Source: Octopus sinensis (lineage: Eukaryota). Taken from it: a stretch of 64,000 nt of DNA. This document shows positions 1-14,165 of the stretch, piece by piece. The stretch spans positions 9,300,001-9,364,000 of the forward strand of contig NC_043025.1 of NCBI RefSeq assembly GCF_006345805.1, read 5' to 3'. The notes beneath the pieces were generated by a model that saw nothing but the letters and a program-made list of their open reading frames with translations, did not search any database and had not been told where the DNA came from. Position numbers and translations under genes: made by a program. The number at the start of each line of letters is the position of its first letter. The first letter of the stretch is position 1.

Positions 1-1
1 C

Positions 2-104
<103 letters not shown>

Positions 105-559
105 CATATGTATATATATATATATACATATATATATATGTATATATATATATATACATAAATATATATATATATACATTAATATATATACATATATGTA
201 TATTTTGTTATGTATATGGGTGATGCGTATATGTGTGAGCGTGTGTGTGTGTGAGTGCGCGTGCGCGCGCACGCGTAGTATGAGTGTGTCTTTGTAAGTG
301 TGCGTGTATGTATGTATAACTATATGTGTATGCGTGTCTGTGTCTGTTCCCAACCACCGCTTCATAAACGGCGTTGGTGTACTTACGCCGCATGACGTAG
401 TAATTCGACAAAATACACTGATGTAATAATCACAAGGCTTAGCAAAAAGAAAGGAAGGTTGGATTTGGGCGAATAAAATTTCTTTGAGGCGGTGCCCCAG
501 CATGAGCGCAGTTATATAACTGAAATAAATAAATATGTGCTTTTTAAAAACATATAGGA

Positions 560-2806
560 TTGGATGAAACAAATTTCCTACAAGATTTGAAGCAGAGTAT
601 AGGAACTTTACGGAAAGAAAATGATTATAGTCAAGATTTTATTATTTTTGTAAAACTTGAATTGTTTCCGAAAGACTATTTAAAGACAAACATTTTACAA
701 GACAAACAGAAAAGCATTGAGGCACCAAAAATAATCGATAGATTTCGTCCCCTTTGTCCGGTTGTCACCAGAGAAGCAGAGGTCGATGAATCTTGTGCGG
801 ACGTACACAATGTTATATCCAATATTGTTGTCATTCAAGGGGGGAATAATAACATATTCCCGCCATTGTATGACAATATCTTGTGTGACAAGAGATGGTG
901 GGAGAAATGATGTTCATTGCCCATCGTCTGTCACCAATATCACCAGAATCGGACGAGACACAGTTCTAGCCAGTCTTCCATTTAAGAAAATGATTCTTAT
1001 CAATCCCACAAATTTTAAAATTACAAAAAAAACTTCAACTAGGTTTATTCCTGGTATCATATTTACAACATTCTACATTTATAGGTGTAGAAATATTTGA
1101 TAAGACCATATACCTTATTGATTGGGATGATAATACAATTAGAAAACAATACATAGTCAAAGAGGTACCAGCAGATATTGCTGTAGGACCGCAGAGTAAA
1201 ATTTTAATAGCATTTTCCAACATTAGCAAAGTATCCTGTTGTAATTTGGATGGCCATCAGTTATTTGAAGTAGACATCCATTATCTGTACCTAGCAACCA
1301 GCATCACCGTGTACCAAACCAATTTTTATGTCCTACATGGACATATTATTTATAGAATTTCAGGTACAGGTGCTGTTTCAAAGAGGGAAATTGGCAGGAA
1401 ATACCGGTATATTTCCGTTGGAAGAAATACAATTTTTTTGACCGATTATTTCGGGGTTCCTCATGCTATTGGAACAAATGAAGACTTTTGGCCCCGTCTG
1501 TCACACTGCAACCAGCTACGTAGCCCATGTTTCAACAACTCTATTTATGTTGAGGATTGCTTTAATATTGCACAAAATCTACCTCTGTCAACATCTTCTA
1601 TATTAATAATCGACAGGAATAAGAAAGCTATAATATTCAATGATTCTGGAGAAATAATTAGCAAAAGTAATTTAACTTTTGTCTCCCATCTTTTGCAGAT
1701 TAACCTCAAACACATTTCTAGTCTTTTATCGCGAAATGAAAGGACTTCAGTGTATCACCTGTCCTGAACTAACCAAAAGCCCTTTGATAATACTTAACAC
1801 TGATGACATTAAGATATGTCCTATTGTATCAAAGAAATGTTTAGCTCTGACCACCAGAGATCCATATTCTATTGATTAAGGAAGAATTAGTTGACATAAT
1901 AGGAAGAATTTCTCTGGGACATGGTAATGTCACCATTGCAGCAACTCTAGTTAATTTTGTAGTCGCAGACAGAAGAAAAAATAAATTGGCATTTCATTCC
2001 CTAACTGGCGAAAAACCTTTTGAAAAATACCTTTCATTCTTTGGCGACCCTCATCACATCTACTCTGACAATGTTTATTTTTATGTCCTATTCCAGAGAG
2101 AGTCTATTGTGATATGTTACGATGTATATGGAGGAATTAAATGGCAGTGGAAACTACCTTTCCCTGTTCACCGTCACATTGCTGTTTTCCAAGGAACTGT
2201 TTATGTGCCGGACGTTGAACTCAACAGGGTTCTTCTTTACAAGTATCATGGCTGGTCTGGCTGTTCTTTACATTTGGAAAATCCACACATAAAAAGTCTA
2301 AATATACGACTCAATGAAAAGGAGAATGACAAAGTTCTCATTGGCGAAATATGTCCTTTGGTCAATGGACAGTTGGTGGTGTCCGACATCGACCATGATT
2401 GCTTGTTATACATTTCTCAGGAAGGAGACATTGTGTCCAGATTATCTCTGCCGTCTACAGCTACAGATATATGTCGATGGGATTCTAATCAAATTGGTGT
2501 CACATTACCCTTAGAGAAACAATTACTGTTTATTGGGAACCTATGAAAGGCAGTTAGAACCGTATCATTAAGCCAACCTTATGTACGGGTGTGTAAGCTG
2601 GATAAAGGTGAAATTGTTTGTTATTGTGATAAACAATCTCATTTAGATATTTTAGCCATTAAAAATTATAACCAAGTTGAAATAATTTGTAGAATTAATA
2701 TCCTTTTTGTAGTGAAATCATTAGCAATAGAAAATGAAACACTAAAGCTATTAATTGTTACAAGGAATAAAGTATTTCAGTACGACACTAGTATTAATGG
2801 TGATGA

Positions 2807-2863
<57 letters not shown>

Positions 2864-5641
2864 CAGCAGCAGCAGTAGTTGTTGTAAGATGGTTTCCAGG
2901 TTTTTGCTGTTAAAAGTGAAAGCTCCTCCTAATCTCTCTGGCGGATGTATTGATAAAATGGTTGTCTATCTGACAGAAAACGGTCGTATGTTTGCTATAA
3001 ATGAACTTGACTTAGTGGTGATTGATCATGTTACAAATAACGAAGTCAACATGTATATCGACCTGGTAAATGTATTTTCTAGAAACATCTGTGTCAGTGA
3101 AATGTTGTCTTCTAGGACACATTGACATACCCGAAACATTAATAACAAGAAACACAGTTGGTGATATTAATGATCCCATCCGTGAATACAACGGAATATT
3201 TTTAAATGAGAGAATTTATAAAGAAGGATTATATTTCTCCAGTATAAACTGTAAAGAGCCAGGATTTGACAGTTTCTGATAAAGCTAGACATGATGTTGT
3301 TTTTCCAGGTTTTCCAGACAAACAACCAGTGGCGATTTATTTTTGGGTTATTACTGAAAATAACCTGATTGCCGGATACGACATTAGTAATAACAACTTT
3401 AAGATATTAACATTTGATTGTCAACATCTTGACATTACAACTGGTGATAATAAAAATCGATTGTTGGCTTTAAAAGTGGAATTTCCATTGTCGTTGCTAG
3501 TTTATCAGACGAGATATAAATATAAATGCATCGCTTCTTTGTCAAACAATCAGCTGGTTTGTAGTAGATGGGAAGATGAATGTAGTCTGTATGTCGTTGA
3601 TATTGATGAAACACATTCGACTGTGAACGAAGTAGAACACATTGACATACCCGAAACGTTAATAACAAGAAACACAGCTGGTGATATTAATGATCTCATC
3701 CGTGATATTACGGTTACTGTTAATGATGGAGATCATTGTCAGCAATAGAAAGTCCATCATTTTCTTCAACAGTGGTGGTCAGTATTTACATTCAATTAGA
3801 CAGTACATGAAATATATCAGCATTTGTAAGAAGATGACAATTGCCGACAGTTATTTGTACATTGATGGTGGCTGGGAAACATATTTAAGTGACTACAGAG
3901 AATAGAAAAACATCGTGTGTTTGACACAGGCTGGTGAATACAACGGAATATTTTTAAATGAGAGAATTTATAAAGAAGAATTATATTTCTCCAGTATAAA
4001 CTGTAAAGAGCCAAGGTTTGTTGGAAGCCGTTGGAATAGTAACGAATTGTATGTTGAAGGTTTGTTTATGGTCAATCGGGAGAAATTCCCTGTTTGTCGT
4101 TTACAAACAGACAAATATCCAGTTCAAGTAAAATATATTGATATCTGTGATGAAGGAGCAACAGTTGTGTGTGAGAAAACCAATAATGGCAATGTCAAAA
4201 TAGTTGACAGAGACGGGCAGCTGCTTTGTCACAGAGATGCTGGAAGTTTAGTTGGTGGTGTGTGTTTTACAAAAGAAAGAGACGTAATGGTGATAATCCC
4301 TAACAGACGGCAAATATTTCAACTGAAGCAACAAGATTTGCAGAAATATAGAGTTTGGCAAAGTCGAATACCTTACGGCGTGATATGGAGAAATGTGGGA
4401 AATATTTACTGGTGCGTCCATGTTAGCTTGATTGAATGATGCCATATCGTAAGGATTGATGAGGACCAACTGAAGGTTCTGCAATCTATGTCGTTATTAA
4501 AGCTTAATTCCGATCTTCATTTCCCTTCCATTACATCTCAGATGAACAACGAAATACTCAGTAATGAATTAATTAATAAATTGAATTACAGTGGAGGAAG
4601 AGTTGGAAGAAGAGATAAATTAGGTGAAATAGTTGGTAGAAGCAGATTGAAGGTGAGATGTGGTAATTACTTTGCCGAGTGTATGCCAGGAATTGATGAA
4701 ATAACAATGAGGAGACTGCCACATAGGACAGCAATGGTTCAACTCTCCATTCGCACATACGATGCGACTGTTGATTATAATTTCAAGGAGAGTAGAGACT
4801 ACAATAGTCAACTAGTTAGGTTAGATGACAATGTCAGTGTGCTGATGTTTAGAGACACTGTCACATTAATCAGCACAACAACAGACGACATACTTCAACA
4901 TAAACAACTACCACAACAACAAGCGCCACCACTAGAAAGCTTTGTTGCTGTATTTGGTAAACAATGTTCTTCAACGGAAATCTCTGTCGTTTAAAAACCA
5001 TCAAGACTGAGAAACACTACAACAGGATTTATAGCAACAATGGCAATCAACTTGTGTGTGGTGGTCATTATATTAGAGACAGGACTCAAAATGGAAGAGA
5101 CAAATACTACTACTATGTAGAAATAGTTGATATTGATAGTGACACATGTAAATATAGGGGTGGAGTGTGCTGTGGGGTAGTAGAGAATGATGAGGTAGAG
5201 GTGGTAGGGATGTTAGATATAACAGTGACATCTGGTGGTGATATTGTTGTTATGAAGTGGGAGGAAGAGGAGGAGTGGTGGAGGAGTGGTAGTCACTATG
5301 TTATCTCTCGGTACAGGGAACAGGTTTTGGTGAGGAGTATAAAGCTACCAACACATGGAAATTATAAGGATTATATTTACAGACCTTGTTTAAGCACAAT
5401 GGGTGAATATGTTTATATAACAGGCGTGATAACAACATTTACCAAATACCCGGTCATATTGAACCCCAAACATCTGACATACAAAGATATTCAACAATAT
5501 TTACTCCTCAGGGCCGATGATAATGAAGTCTTCATTGTTCTTGGTTTCCATATTTCAGACAATTCTTTCACGGTTTTTGGAATTATTCCAGGACGTCGAT
5601 CAGTTGCTTTCTTTCATTATGACAGATCAATATTTTCATAA
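560..5641 (+). pseudogene. Intronless multi-beta-propeller (NHL/SGL-like) protein pseudogene
   Basis: A chain of abutting + strand ORFs spans about 5 kb with propeller-blade-like sequence (e.g. IGEICPLVNGQLVVSDIDHDCLLYISQEGDIVSRL, VGGVCFTKERDVMVII, LDITVTSGGDIVVM). It is broken by in-frame stops (TGA 2544, TAG 3903, TGA 4437, with the same frame continuing) and by several frameshifts. The fold assignment is by pattern only. Confidence 0.6.
2808..2879 (+). repeat. (AGT)n/(AGC)n microsatellite encoding poly-Ser inside the propeller pseudogene
   Basis: Trinucleotide run in frame within ORF 2589..3125. Confidence 0.9.
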
Positions 5642-6299
5642 ATATTACAATTTGGTGTCTAAATGTATATGTATGTGTATAATATGCTACATATATATTA
5701 CATTTTCACACGCATACACATACAAACACAAACTCACACTCTTTCTCTCTCACACACACACACACACGCATACGTGTGTGTGTGTGTGCTATATAAAAGC
5801 GAGCCTATCAATTTATTTACGTATGTCTTGTACAGGAATACGTAAATAAATATACTAACACATACATACACGCACGTACAGGCACACAAACAAACACACA
5901 AACAGCCATCCGTCCATCCATACATCCATGCATACATATTGTTTGTTTATGAATGACGAAATATTATGGCAGTTATCATTTTATTTTCATATATTAAAAT
6001 AAATTTAAATTTATTTACAGTCACGCTTAGCAATGGTGAAATAATTTGGGTGAAAGGTGGATGATCGGTATTGAATGGCATGGCTTATTTAAATATTTTA
6101 TGTGATTGGAAAATCATTCAAATTTTATTTTAGCTGCAATATTCTAAGCTGTTGTCTTTTATTCAGGGAATACTTCATGTCCAGCATTTTTCCAGGTTTA
6201 TTAAATAAACTGTTGAAGACCCCCATTTTCAGTAATCAATTTTTCCTGAGCCTCTCTTAGAATGTTCTTTCCAGAACATTTTTCGTTCTACTTTTCCTT

Positions 6300-6536
6300 C
6301 TGCTTCTCAGTACATTATGAGCTTTTATGTCCGATTTTTCTACACTCAAAACATTTTAGGTTTTTAAAAGGACAGTTACCTTGAAAATGTAAACCTCCGC
6401 ATCCATAGCGTAGAGTGGGTCTTGGCATTTGTTTTTCTTTTTTCTTACCTGTTTCAGGTCGATACTCATGCACAAGAGAGCAACACGTTTCCTTCAATTT
6501 TGACGTCCTTTGCAACTTTCGAATACCACGTCGCCA
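6300..6536 (-). mobile_element. Ty3/Gypsy gag remnant (zinc knuckles) with PBS-like motif
   Basis: Translation YGCGGLHFQGNCPFKNLKCFECRKIGH resembles tandem gag CCHC knuckles. TGGCGACGTGG (rc of 6526-6536) upstream resembles a primer-binding site. Confidence 0.6.
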
Positions 6537-6915
6537 TTCTTTTCATATCCTTAAACGTTTGGATAAATGATATAACGCAGCAGAGGTAAGGCAATGTCTT
6601 CACATAACCTACTTCTACTACTGCTCACAGAAACTCCAAAACGCCCTCTGTCGTCATGAACGATAAATATCCCGACGAATCCATCTTTTAAACACACAGG
6701 GGTGTTAAGGTCTTTCACCACAACAGTTTAATTTTCTTATTTTCTCTTTTCTCTTTTCCTCTTTCTTTCTTCCCTTTCACGTGACTTTGTAAATGACTAT
6801 TCTGCTTTGTTTATCTCAATAATCTACCAATGTATACAGTGCGTTTCTCTGAGATAAGTGTCAGAAAGACTCTCGAAAAGAAATTAAAACAGAATTGAAA
6901 GATAACAATGAAAAC

Positions 6916-6975
<60 letters not shown>

Positions 6976-6977
<2 letters not shown>

Positions 6978-9900
6978 CCCAACTGAACTACGTGAACTAA
7001 AGAATCAAATCATGATTGAATGACTGAAACTTAAAGAAACCAATATGGATGAACGCGATACACACCCCAGTATCCACAACTCTAACCAAAACATGAAAAT
7101 AATTGGTAAAATCCGCCTTGCACTTAAGGATATAATTTCAGCTAATGATGTTAATATCACAGATCTCAACAACCTGTACTATGCATCCACGAAAATCTCA
7201 ACGATCCTATGTCCTGAAAAGATTAGAAAACGGCAACATTCCCACAAAAAGCCTTCTTGGCAAGAGCGTATCCAACTTCAAATTAAGCTACTTAGGCCTG
7301 ACATTGAATGTTTGAAAAACCTTAAGGTTGACAAGACTACCAAACCTACAAAACCCCCAAAGTAATGAAAAAATATATGAAACCTATACTTGATATTGAT
7401 GCCACCATAGAAACCATCAAGCAAAAGGTATCTGCTAGAGCTGCCCGCATAGCGAGGTATGAAAAGCGTATTAGATTCGTGAAGGACAACAACATGTTCA
7501 AAGTTAACCCCAAAGATTTTTACAGGAAGATAGGGAAAACACCAGTTACTGTAAAGTTTGTACCATCAAAAGACGAAGTGCACGGTTTTTGGAATAAAAT
7601 TTGGGCAGAAGAAAAAACACACAACGAAAAGGCCCCTTGGATTGATAGAATAGCTACGGACTTGTACTCCTTAGAGGAGCAAAAGTGGGAGGGTGTTTAG
7701 GTAGAAGATATAAAATCTGCTCTCAGGAGGTCAAGCAAATGGAAGTCTCCAGGAAAGGATAAAATTTCTAAGTTCTGGTTGAATGCTTTCCCAGAGAGCC
7801 ATGAACTGCTAACAGAACTTTAAATGATGTTTTGCAACACCGTAGTCGGATGCCTGCTTGGCTAGTTAATAGTTTAACATTCCTGCTCCCAAAAAGTGAA
7901 GAAACAAATGAACCAAAAAACTATAGACCCATAACCTGCTTAACAACTATGTATAAAACGCTAACATCTGTCCTGACGGAATATACCTATAGGTTTTTAA
8001 TAGACAGCAGCATATTCCCTAATGAACAGAAAGGATGTAAACGTGGATCTTATGGTTGTAAAGATCAGCTACTCACCAATAAGATGATCTTAGAAGATTG
8101 TCACAAACGACACAAAAACTTGTCAATAGCCTGGATAGACTAAAAAAGGCTTTTGAAAGCCTGCCACATAGTTAGATAAAGAAATCCCTGGAAATGTACA
8201 AAATAGCGCCTACTCTGCGAAACTTTTTGTCTGTAAGTATGAGATCACGGAGAACCACACTAACTTTGAACAGTGACGATGAATCTCTAAATGCTGGTGA
8301 TGTAAAGATTTCATGTGGCATTTTCCAGGGCGACTCACTATCACCATTCCTCTTTTGTTTAGCCTTAATACCTCTCTCAAAATTGCTCAAAGACGCACAG
8401 CACGGATATAAAATGTTGGATAAAAATATAAATCATCTCATTTACATGGATGATTTAAAGCTCTTTGCAAAAAATGACCAACAACTCAAGGGCTTACTAA
8501 CGAATGTTAAACAATTCAGTGATGATATCAGAATGCAATTTGGCCTCGATAAATGTGCAAAAGCTACTTTTATCAAAGGAAAAAATGACAGAAACATCTA
8601 ACGTTTACCTCGACCAGCAGAATGTCATAAAAGATTTAGACCCAGTGGAGAGCTACAAGTACCTAGGGGTAATTGAAGGGGACGGAATAAGGCATTCAAT
8701 GATGAAGGAAAGGACCAGGAGAGATTGTTATCGCAGAGTAAGAGCAATACTCATGACAGAGCTGAATGCAAGAAACAGGATCGAAGCGATCAATGCTTTA
8801 GCCATACCAGTCGTGACTTACAGTTTCAATATCGTTAACTGGTCAATTACTGAAATATGTCAGCTCGACAGAAAAATACGAAAACTGTTGGCAATGCATA
8901 GAATGCACCACCCTAAGGCAGAAATAGAACGACTTTATCTACCAAGAAAAGAGGGAGGCCGTGGGCTTTTGCAACTGGCAATAACAATGAAGATTGCTAC
9001 AATTGGCCTAGACACCTACCTGGAAAAGTCTTAGGACTGGATGTTAAAACTTGTCTCAAAACATGAAAACAACAAAGCATCATACTCAGTGACAAAACAG
9101 GCAAAGGAATATCTAAGTGAATTCCGAATACAACGAATTCCGAAATTAGACACACACGAAACAAGCACAGAAAAAGCTAAGCTCATGAAAACCTGTGCTA
9201 AATCTGCGGCCTTAGATATTCTGAATGATAAATGGCAAGAAAAACCTCTCTATGGCAAATACCCAAAGAGAGCAAATAATGCAGATGTTGACAAAGCCCT
9301 GACCCATCAATGGCTAATGGCCTCTGGCTTAAAATCTGAAACAGAAGGGTTTATCATAGCAGCTCAAGATCAATGACTACCTACAAGGAACTACCAGACT
9401 AACATATTAAAGAACGGCAGTAGCCCAACATGTCGTGCATGTCGACAACAAAATGAAACCATTGATCATGTCTCCAAGTGCAGTCTTCCGGCGCCTACAG
9501 AGTATCTCAACAGTCATGATAGAGCTGCACAATATATTCACTGGGTAATTTGCAAAAGCCTGGACCTGCCCCATGAAAAAAACTGGTGGGAACACAAACC
9601 ACCCCCAGTACTTGAAAATGACCACATCTCACTCCTCTGGAACTTCACCATTCAAACCGACAGAAAGATAGATGCGAATAGGCCAGACATCATATTGGAA
9701 GACTTCAGACAAAGAACATGCCTGCTCATTGATATGACTGTCCCAATCGATATAAACGTATCTGTCAAGACATACCAAAAACTGAGCAAATATAAAGATC
9801 TTGAAATTGAAATCAGCAAAATGTGGAACCTGAAGACTAAAACAATACCTGTTGTCATAGGTGCCCTGGGAATGATAGCAAAAGGGACTGATTGCTACCT

Positions 9901-10198
9901 ATCTCAGATACCAGGAAACACCAAAATGGCAGAAATTCAAAAGATAGTGCTCATGGGAACTGCTCATATCCTACGCAAAATACTTTCTATGTAATCTCAA
10001 GTTTTAAAACAAACATAATTTTGGTATGGTTCTTTCGGCATTCACTAGTACAGCACTAAGTACAAAACCAAATATATGACACCCTAGGCATAACACCAAC
10101 ATGAACTTCCAACTTGTTGTCTCTTGAGGTCTCTGGGTGAGACTTGGAGCCAGCTTGTGCAAATGTAAAGCAAAAGTCAAACATAGAATAATAATAAT
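6976..10198 (+). mobile_element. 5'-truncated, decayed R4/Dong-clade non-LTR retrotransposon (RT + CCHC + restriction-like endonuclease)
   Basis: RT motifs NYRPITCL, QKGCKRGSYGCKDQL, AWID, GIFQGDSLSP, YMDDLKL, YKYLG and RLYLPRKEGGRGL are present, followed by a CRAC..ETIDH zinc finger and RPDII..IDMTVP..KLSKYKDL (RLE). Flanked by (AAT)n at about 6917-6975 and 10187-10198. Several stops and frameshifts. Confidence 0.92.
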
Positions 10199-10226
10199 TA
10201 AATAATGATGATAATAATGATGATGG

Positions 10227-10280
<54 letters not shown>

Positions 10281-10289
10281 CTTTTCTAT

Positions 10290-10600
10290 CGATCTAGAGA
10301 AGAAAAGTTGATATATACGACATGTTAGCTTGGGAGGTTAAGCAGATATGGTCAATGAAAATGGTGGTAGTAGTACCAATAATTGTCGGAGCCCTGAGAA
10401 CTGTGAGTTAAAATGTTGAGAAGTACGTGGAACAAATAGCGGCTACAATAAGGGTGGGGCACTTGCAGAAAACAGCACTGCTTGGAATCGCTCGAATATT
10501 CCGGAAGGTTCTTGAAAAATAAGAGGTGTTACCTTAGTTCACTAGTAGTGAACAGCTGACACTGTAGTACATCTCCAGCGTTAGAAACAGTGCAAAGGCA
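10290..10600 (+). mobile_element. 3' fragment of a second, different R4/Dong-like RLE LINE
   Basis: Translates LAWEVKQIWSMKMVVVVPIIVGAL..LQKTALLGIARIFRKVLEK*, paralogous to the C-terminus of the adjacent element. It has its own 3' UTR ending in AATAATAATAA. Confidence 0.75.
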
Positions 10601-10609
10601 ATAATAATA

Positions 10610-12590
10610 AAAATATTTTAAAAGAACGGACGAGTTTGCACTGATTTTTCAACAGGTTTAAACGAATTTTTGTTGCCTTGTAATTATCCGTCGCAAAATC
10701 CAGAGGAAATTTCGCGAAGTTGAATGGAGGAAATCTTTTCAAAGTTGGACTTCTCTGAAGCATATTTGCAGGTACAAGTTGATGAGGAATGTTCAAAATT
10801 ATTGAAAATAAATACCCATAAAGTGTGGTAGAAATTTAATTGACTTCTTCCGTTTGGTATAAACGTAGCACCAGGCATTTTCCAACACGTTATGGACACA
10901 ATTCTCGCAGGTTCGGATTTCGATATAGCTTACCTTGACGATATACTCATGAAAATGTGAAAATGTGAATCTCGGAGTAAGCATGCTGGGCATGTTAAAA
11001 AGGTCTTCGAAAAGATGAAAGATAATGGGTCTAAGCTCAGCAAGGGAAAGTGTGAATCCGTTATGCCAAGTATATAATATCTAGGGCAGATTATAGATAA
11101 AAATAGACGTAGACCAGACTCGTGAAAGGCGAGTGCAATATAGAATATACCTCATCTGACAAACATTAGAACGTTACAAGCATTGGGGTGGGGCTCGCAA
11201 ATTACCACCAGGTACACATAGCGTATATGCATGATTTGAGAGCACCGCTGAATAACTTGTTAAGTGGAACTGGTCGGACAAATGCCAAAAAGATTTTAAG
11301 CAAGTTAAAAGCATCTTAACGTCAGAATTGTCTTTATCACATTTTGACCCGAATTTAGAAATGGTAGTGGCATCAAATGCTAGTAAAATTTGGTATTTGA
11401 GCTGTAATTTTACACAAATATGAAGATGGTATCGTGAAAGCTGTAGCTCATGCTTTGCGTTCCTTATTTCCGGCTGAGAAAAGTTAGAGTCAAATCGAGA
11501 AAGAAACATCAGCCATGAAATTTGCGGTAAAGAAGTTCCATGAATTTATACATGGAAGACGATTCCGTCTGCAGACGGACCACTGCCAATTATTGTCAAT
11601 CTATGGATCAAAAAAGCGTATTCCCACACATACAGCCCACAGACTGCAGCAGTGCGGAACGATCCTATTGAACTATGACTTCAAGATGGAGTATTTTCCA
11701 TCTAAAAAATTGGGACATGCAGATGGTTTGTCGAGGTCAGAAGAAACACTGATAGCGGTGTTAAGAGCCGAGAATGAAATTAAAAAAGTATATTTTGTAA
11801 GGTTGTGCGTGAATTGCCTGTCACATTGAAAGAAATAAGAATTAAAATAGAGACGGACAAGTTAATGATGAAAATGAAAAAATAGTGAAATCAGAAGAAA
11901 CAAGAAAAAATGCGGCTGGACGTAACACAGTTTCGAAACTGCATTCGATATGTGATAAGGTGATTATGTATTGCACAAAGGGCCGTAATGTCTGTCTGAA
12001 TACAAAATCAAATGTTAAAGGATTTCCACACTGGATATCCAAGAATTTCTAGGATGAAAACGCTTATGAGGAGCTATGTTTACTGCCGAAAATGTATCTA
12101 GATATTGAGAAGTTGGTAAAATCCTGCAAAGGGTGTGCTCTTGCAGCAAAATCACCAGCCATATAGTTTACACCTTGGCCCAAGACCGATATTCCATTGA
12201 CCAGGTTGCACAGATTCCGCAGGACCGTTAAACCGATCATATTATCTAACAGGGGTTGATAACTTTACAAAATAGTCAGAAATGTGTAAATGTAGAGAAA
12301 CGACCTCCACGGTAAAGTGGAATTTTTATACGAACGTTTTGCTAAGTCAGGTGTTCCGTATATCCGTCGTCTCCGACAACGGTACAGAATTTACGGCGAA
12401 TGAATATAAGAATTTTTGCAAGATGTACTCAATTGAACATATGACTATTCCTCCGTATCATCCAAGGTCGATCGGACAAGCTGAACGCTTTATGGGTACT
12501 TTCGAAAGGGTACTAAAGAAATCCAGAAATGAGTTGTTGGATGATGTCGCATTGACACAATTCCTGAGAGTTTGTCGTGTACTATCTTTT
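10610..12590 (+). mobile_element. Degenerate Ty3/Gypsy pol (RT-RNase H-integrase)
   Basis: Motifs across frames: KLDFSEAYLQ, PFGINVAPGIFQ and AYLDDIL (RT); SQIEKE..FAVKKFHEFIHGRRFRLQTDH (RNase H); VVSDNGTEF and PPYHPRSIGQAERF (integrase). Domain order is Gypsy-type. Confidence 0.88.
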
Positions 12591-13041
12591 CAGGCAAGTA
12601 GTCTGCGGAACTGATGTATGTCGATAGAGAGCAATTAAAGGAAGCAATTGGCAAATAAACAGCACGAATTTGTTCTAGATGGAAAGGACGTTGGATGAAA
12701 CGTGTGGCTTGAGAAGGGGACAACTCTTCGCAGGAAATGAAATACCGGATTGATACGCATTGTAGTTTTCTTGTTATAGTCCGGGTACTTCTTGATCAGA
12801 ACTTGTTCAGTAAGTTAGGGAGAAAGAAAGAGACGAGAGGAGTAGCAAGAGAGACGCGGAATGATAAAGGTAGAAATATGATGAGGGGCAGAGAGAAAAG
12901 GAGAAAGAGAAAAAGTCGAATGATATGTTTTGTAAGAGAGAGAGAGAGAGAGAGAGAGACAGGAGGGGACGGAGACAGACACAGAGAGACAAAAATAGAG
13001 ACCGTGGGAGAGATAAAAGCAGAATGGTGTATATGCTTTCT

Positions 13042-13072
<31 letters not shown>

Positions 13073-14123
13073 TATGATTTGAGAAAGAAACCGGATTAGG
13101 CGGTGTTATATAATGAGGTAGGAGAAAGAGAAAAAGAGAGAGAGGAGGGTAAGAGTAGGAGAAAGGGAGAGAGAGGGGACAAAAGGAGATAGATAGGAAG
13201 AGAGAGAGAGAGACACAGGAAGAAATGTAGCGAGGTGTTGCATGCATAGATTCATAAATACATACATACGCACATACATGCATATATACATATGTAATTA
13301 TTGGACTAATGAGTATATGTCAATTAGTGCGTTGATGTGTTGAGTAAAGCACTGGCACAGTTTGGGGCTACCTGGTGTCATCCGCACTTGGGGTATATTT
13401 CCGTTGGATCTACTTCAGGAATTCCACAGAGTTAGTTGAGATAATAATCGATTAATGAAACAGAAGAAGGATTTGGTATTAGTTTTTATTTTGTATGATG
13501 ATTGTTTCCACCCATCCCGCGACTGACCCTTGCGGGTGTGGGATGCTGCGCATCATATTGTGTTACATCACTTCCCACCAAAAATATTTAGTTCAGGCAA
13601 TCATGTTCTTTGCCCGCTTCATTAGGGAATCCGACTTTGCTACGATTGTCCTTATCCTATTCATAAACAATAATTGTAAAGAATTGTAAATGCAGACGTA
13701 TAAACTATTGGAAAGGAAAGAAAATATACAAGAGAAAGTATTTGGGAAAGAAACAGACATAGGGTGAGACCTGTAAGAGAAGGATTAGACTGTATTAAGT
13801 TTAAAGGGAGGAGGGGTATTATACTTGCTAATAGGGGGGGTTACACAGGCACAAATACACGCACATAATCCTCACAGAGGCGTAGACAACGACGTTCACC
13901 CTGATCCACGTAGGCCGTAAACACTTACAGTCCTACGGTTTATGACAATAAAGATCTGTCATCACGGTTACTTTAAGATCTAGGGAGGTGTCGTTTGGGA
14001 GACTGTTTGGTGTATGCTTTATGTCTAGCACGCTGGGCTGCAGATTCAGCCTTCAGGCGACCAGACAGACCCGTACATTTACTAGTAAATGTATACATAT
14101 ATGTGCACACTTGTAGTGGCGGA

Positions 14124-14165
<42 letters not shown>

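Noticed and set aside
2544-4439. Rescue of in-frame TGA/TAG stops in the propeller gene by A-to-I editing to Trp
   Set aside because: Multiple frameshifts and a templated insertion also break the frame, so ordinary pseudogenisation is simpler.
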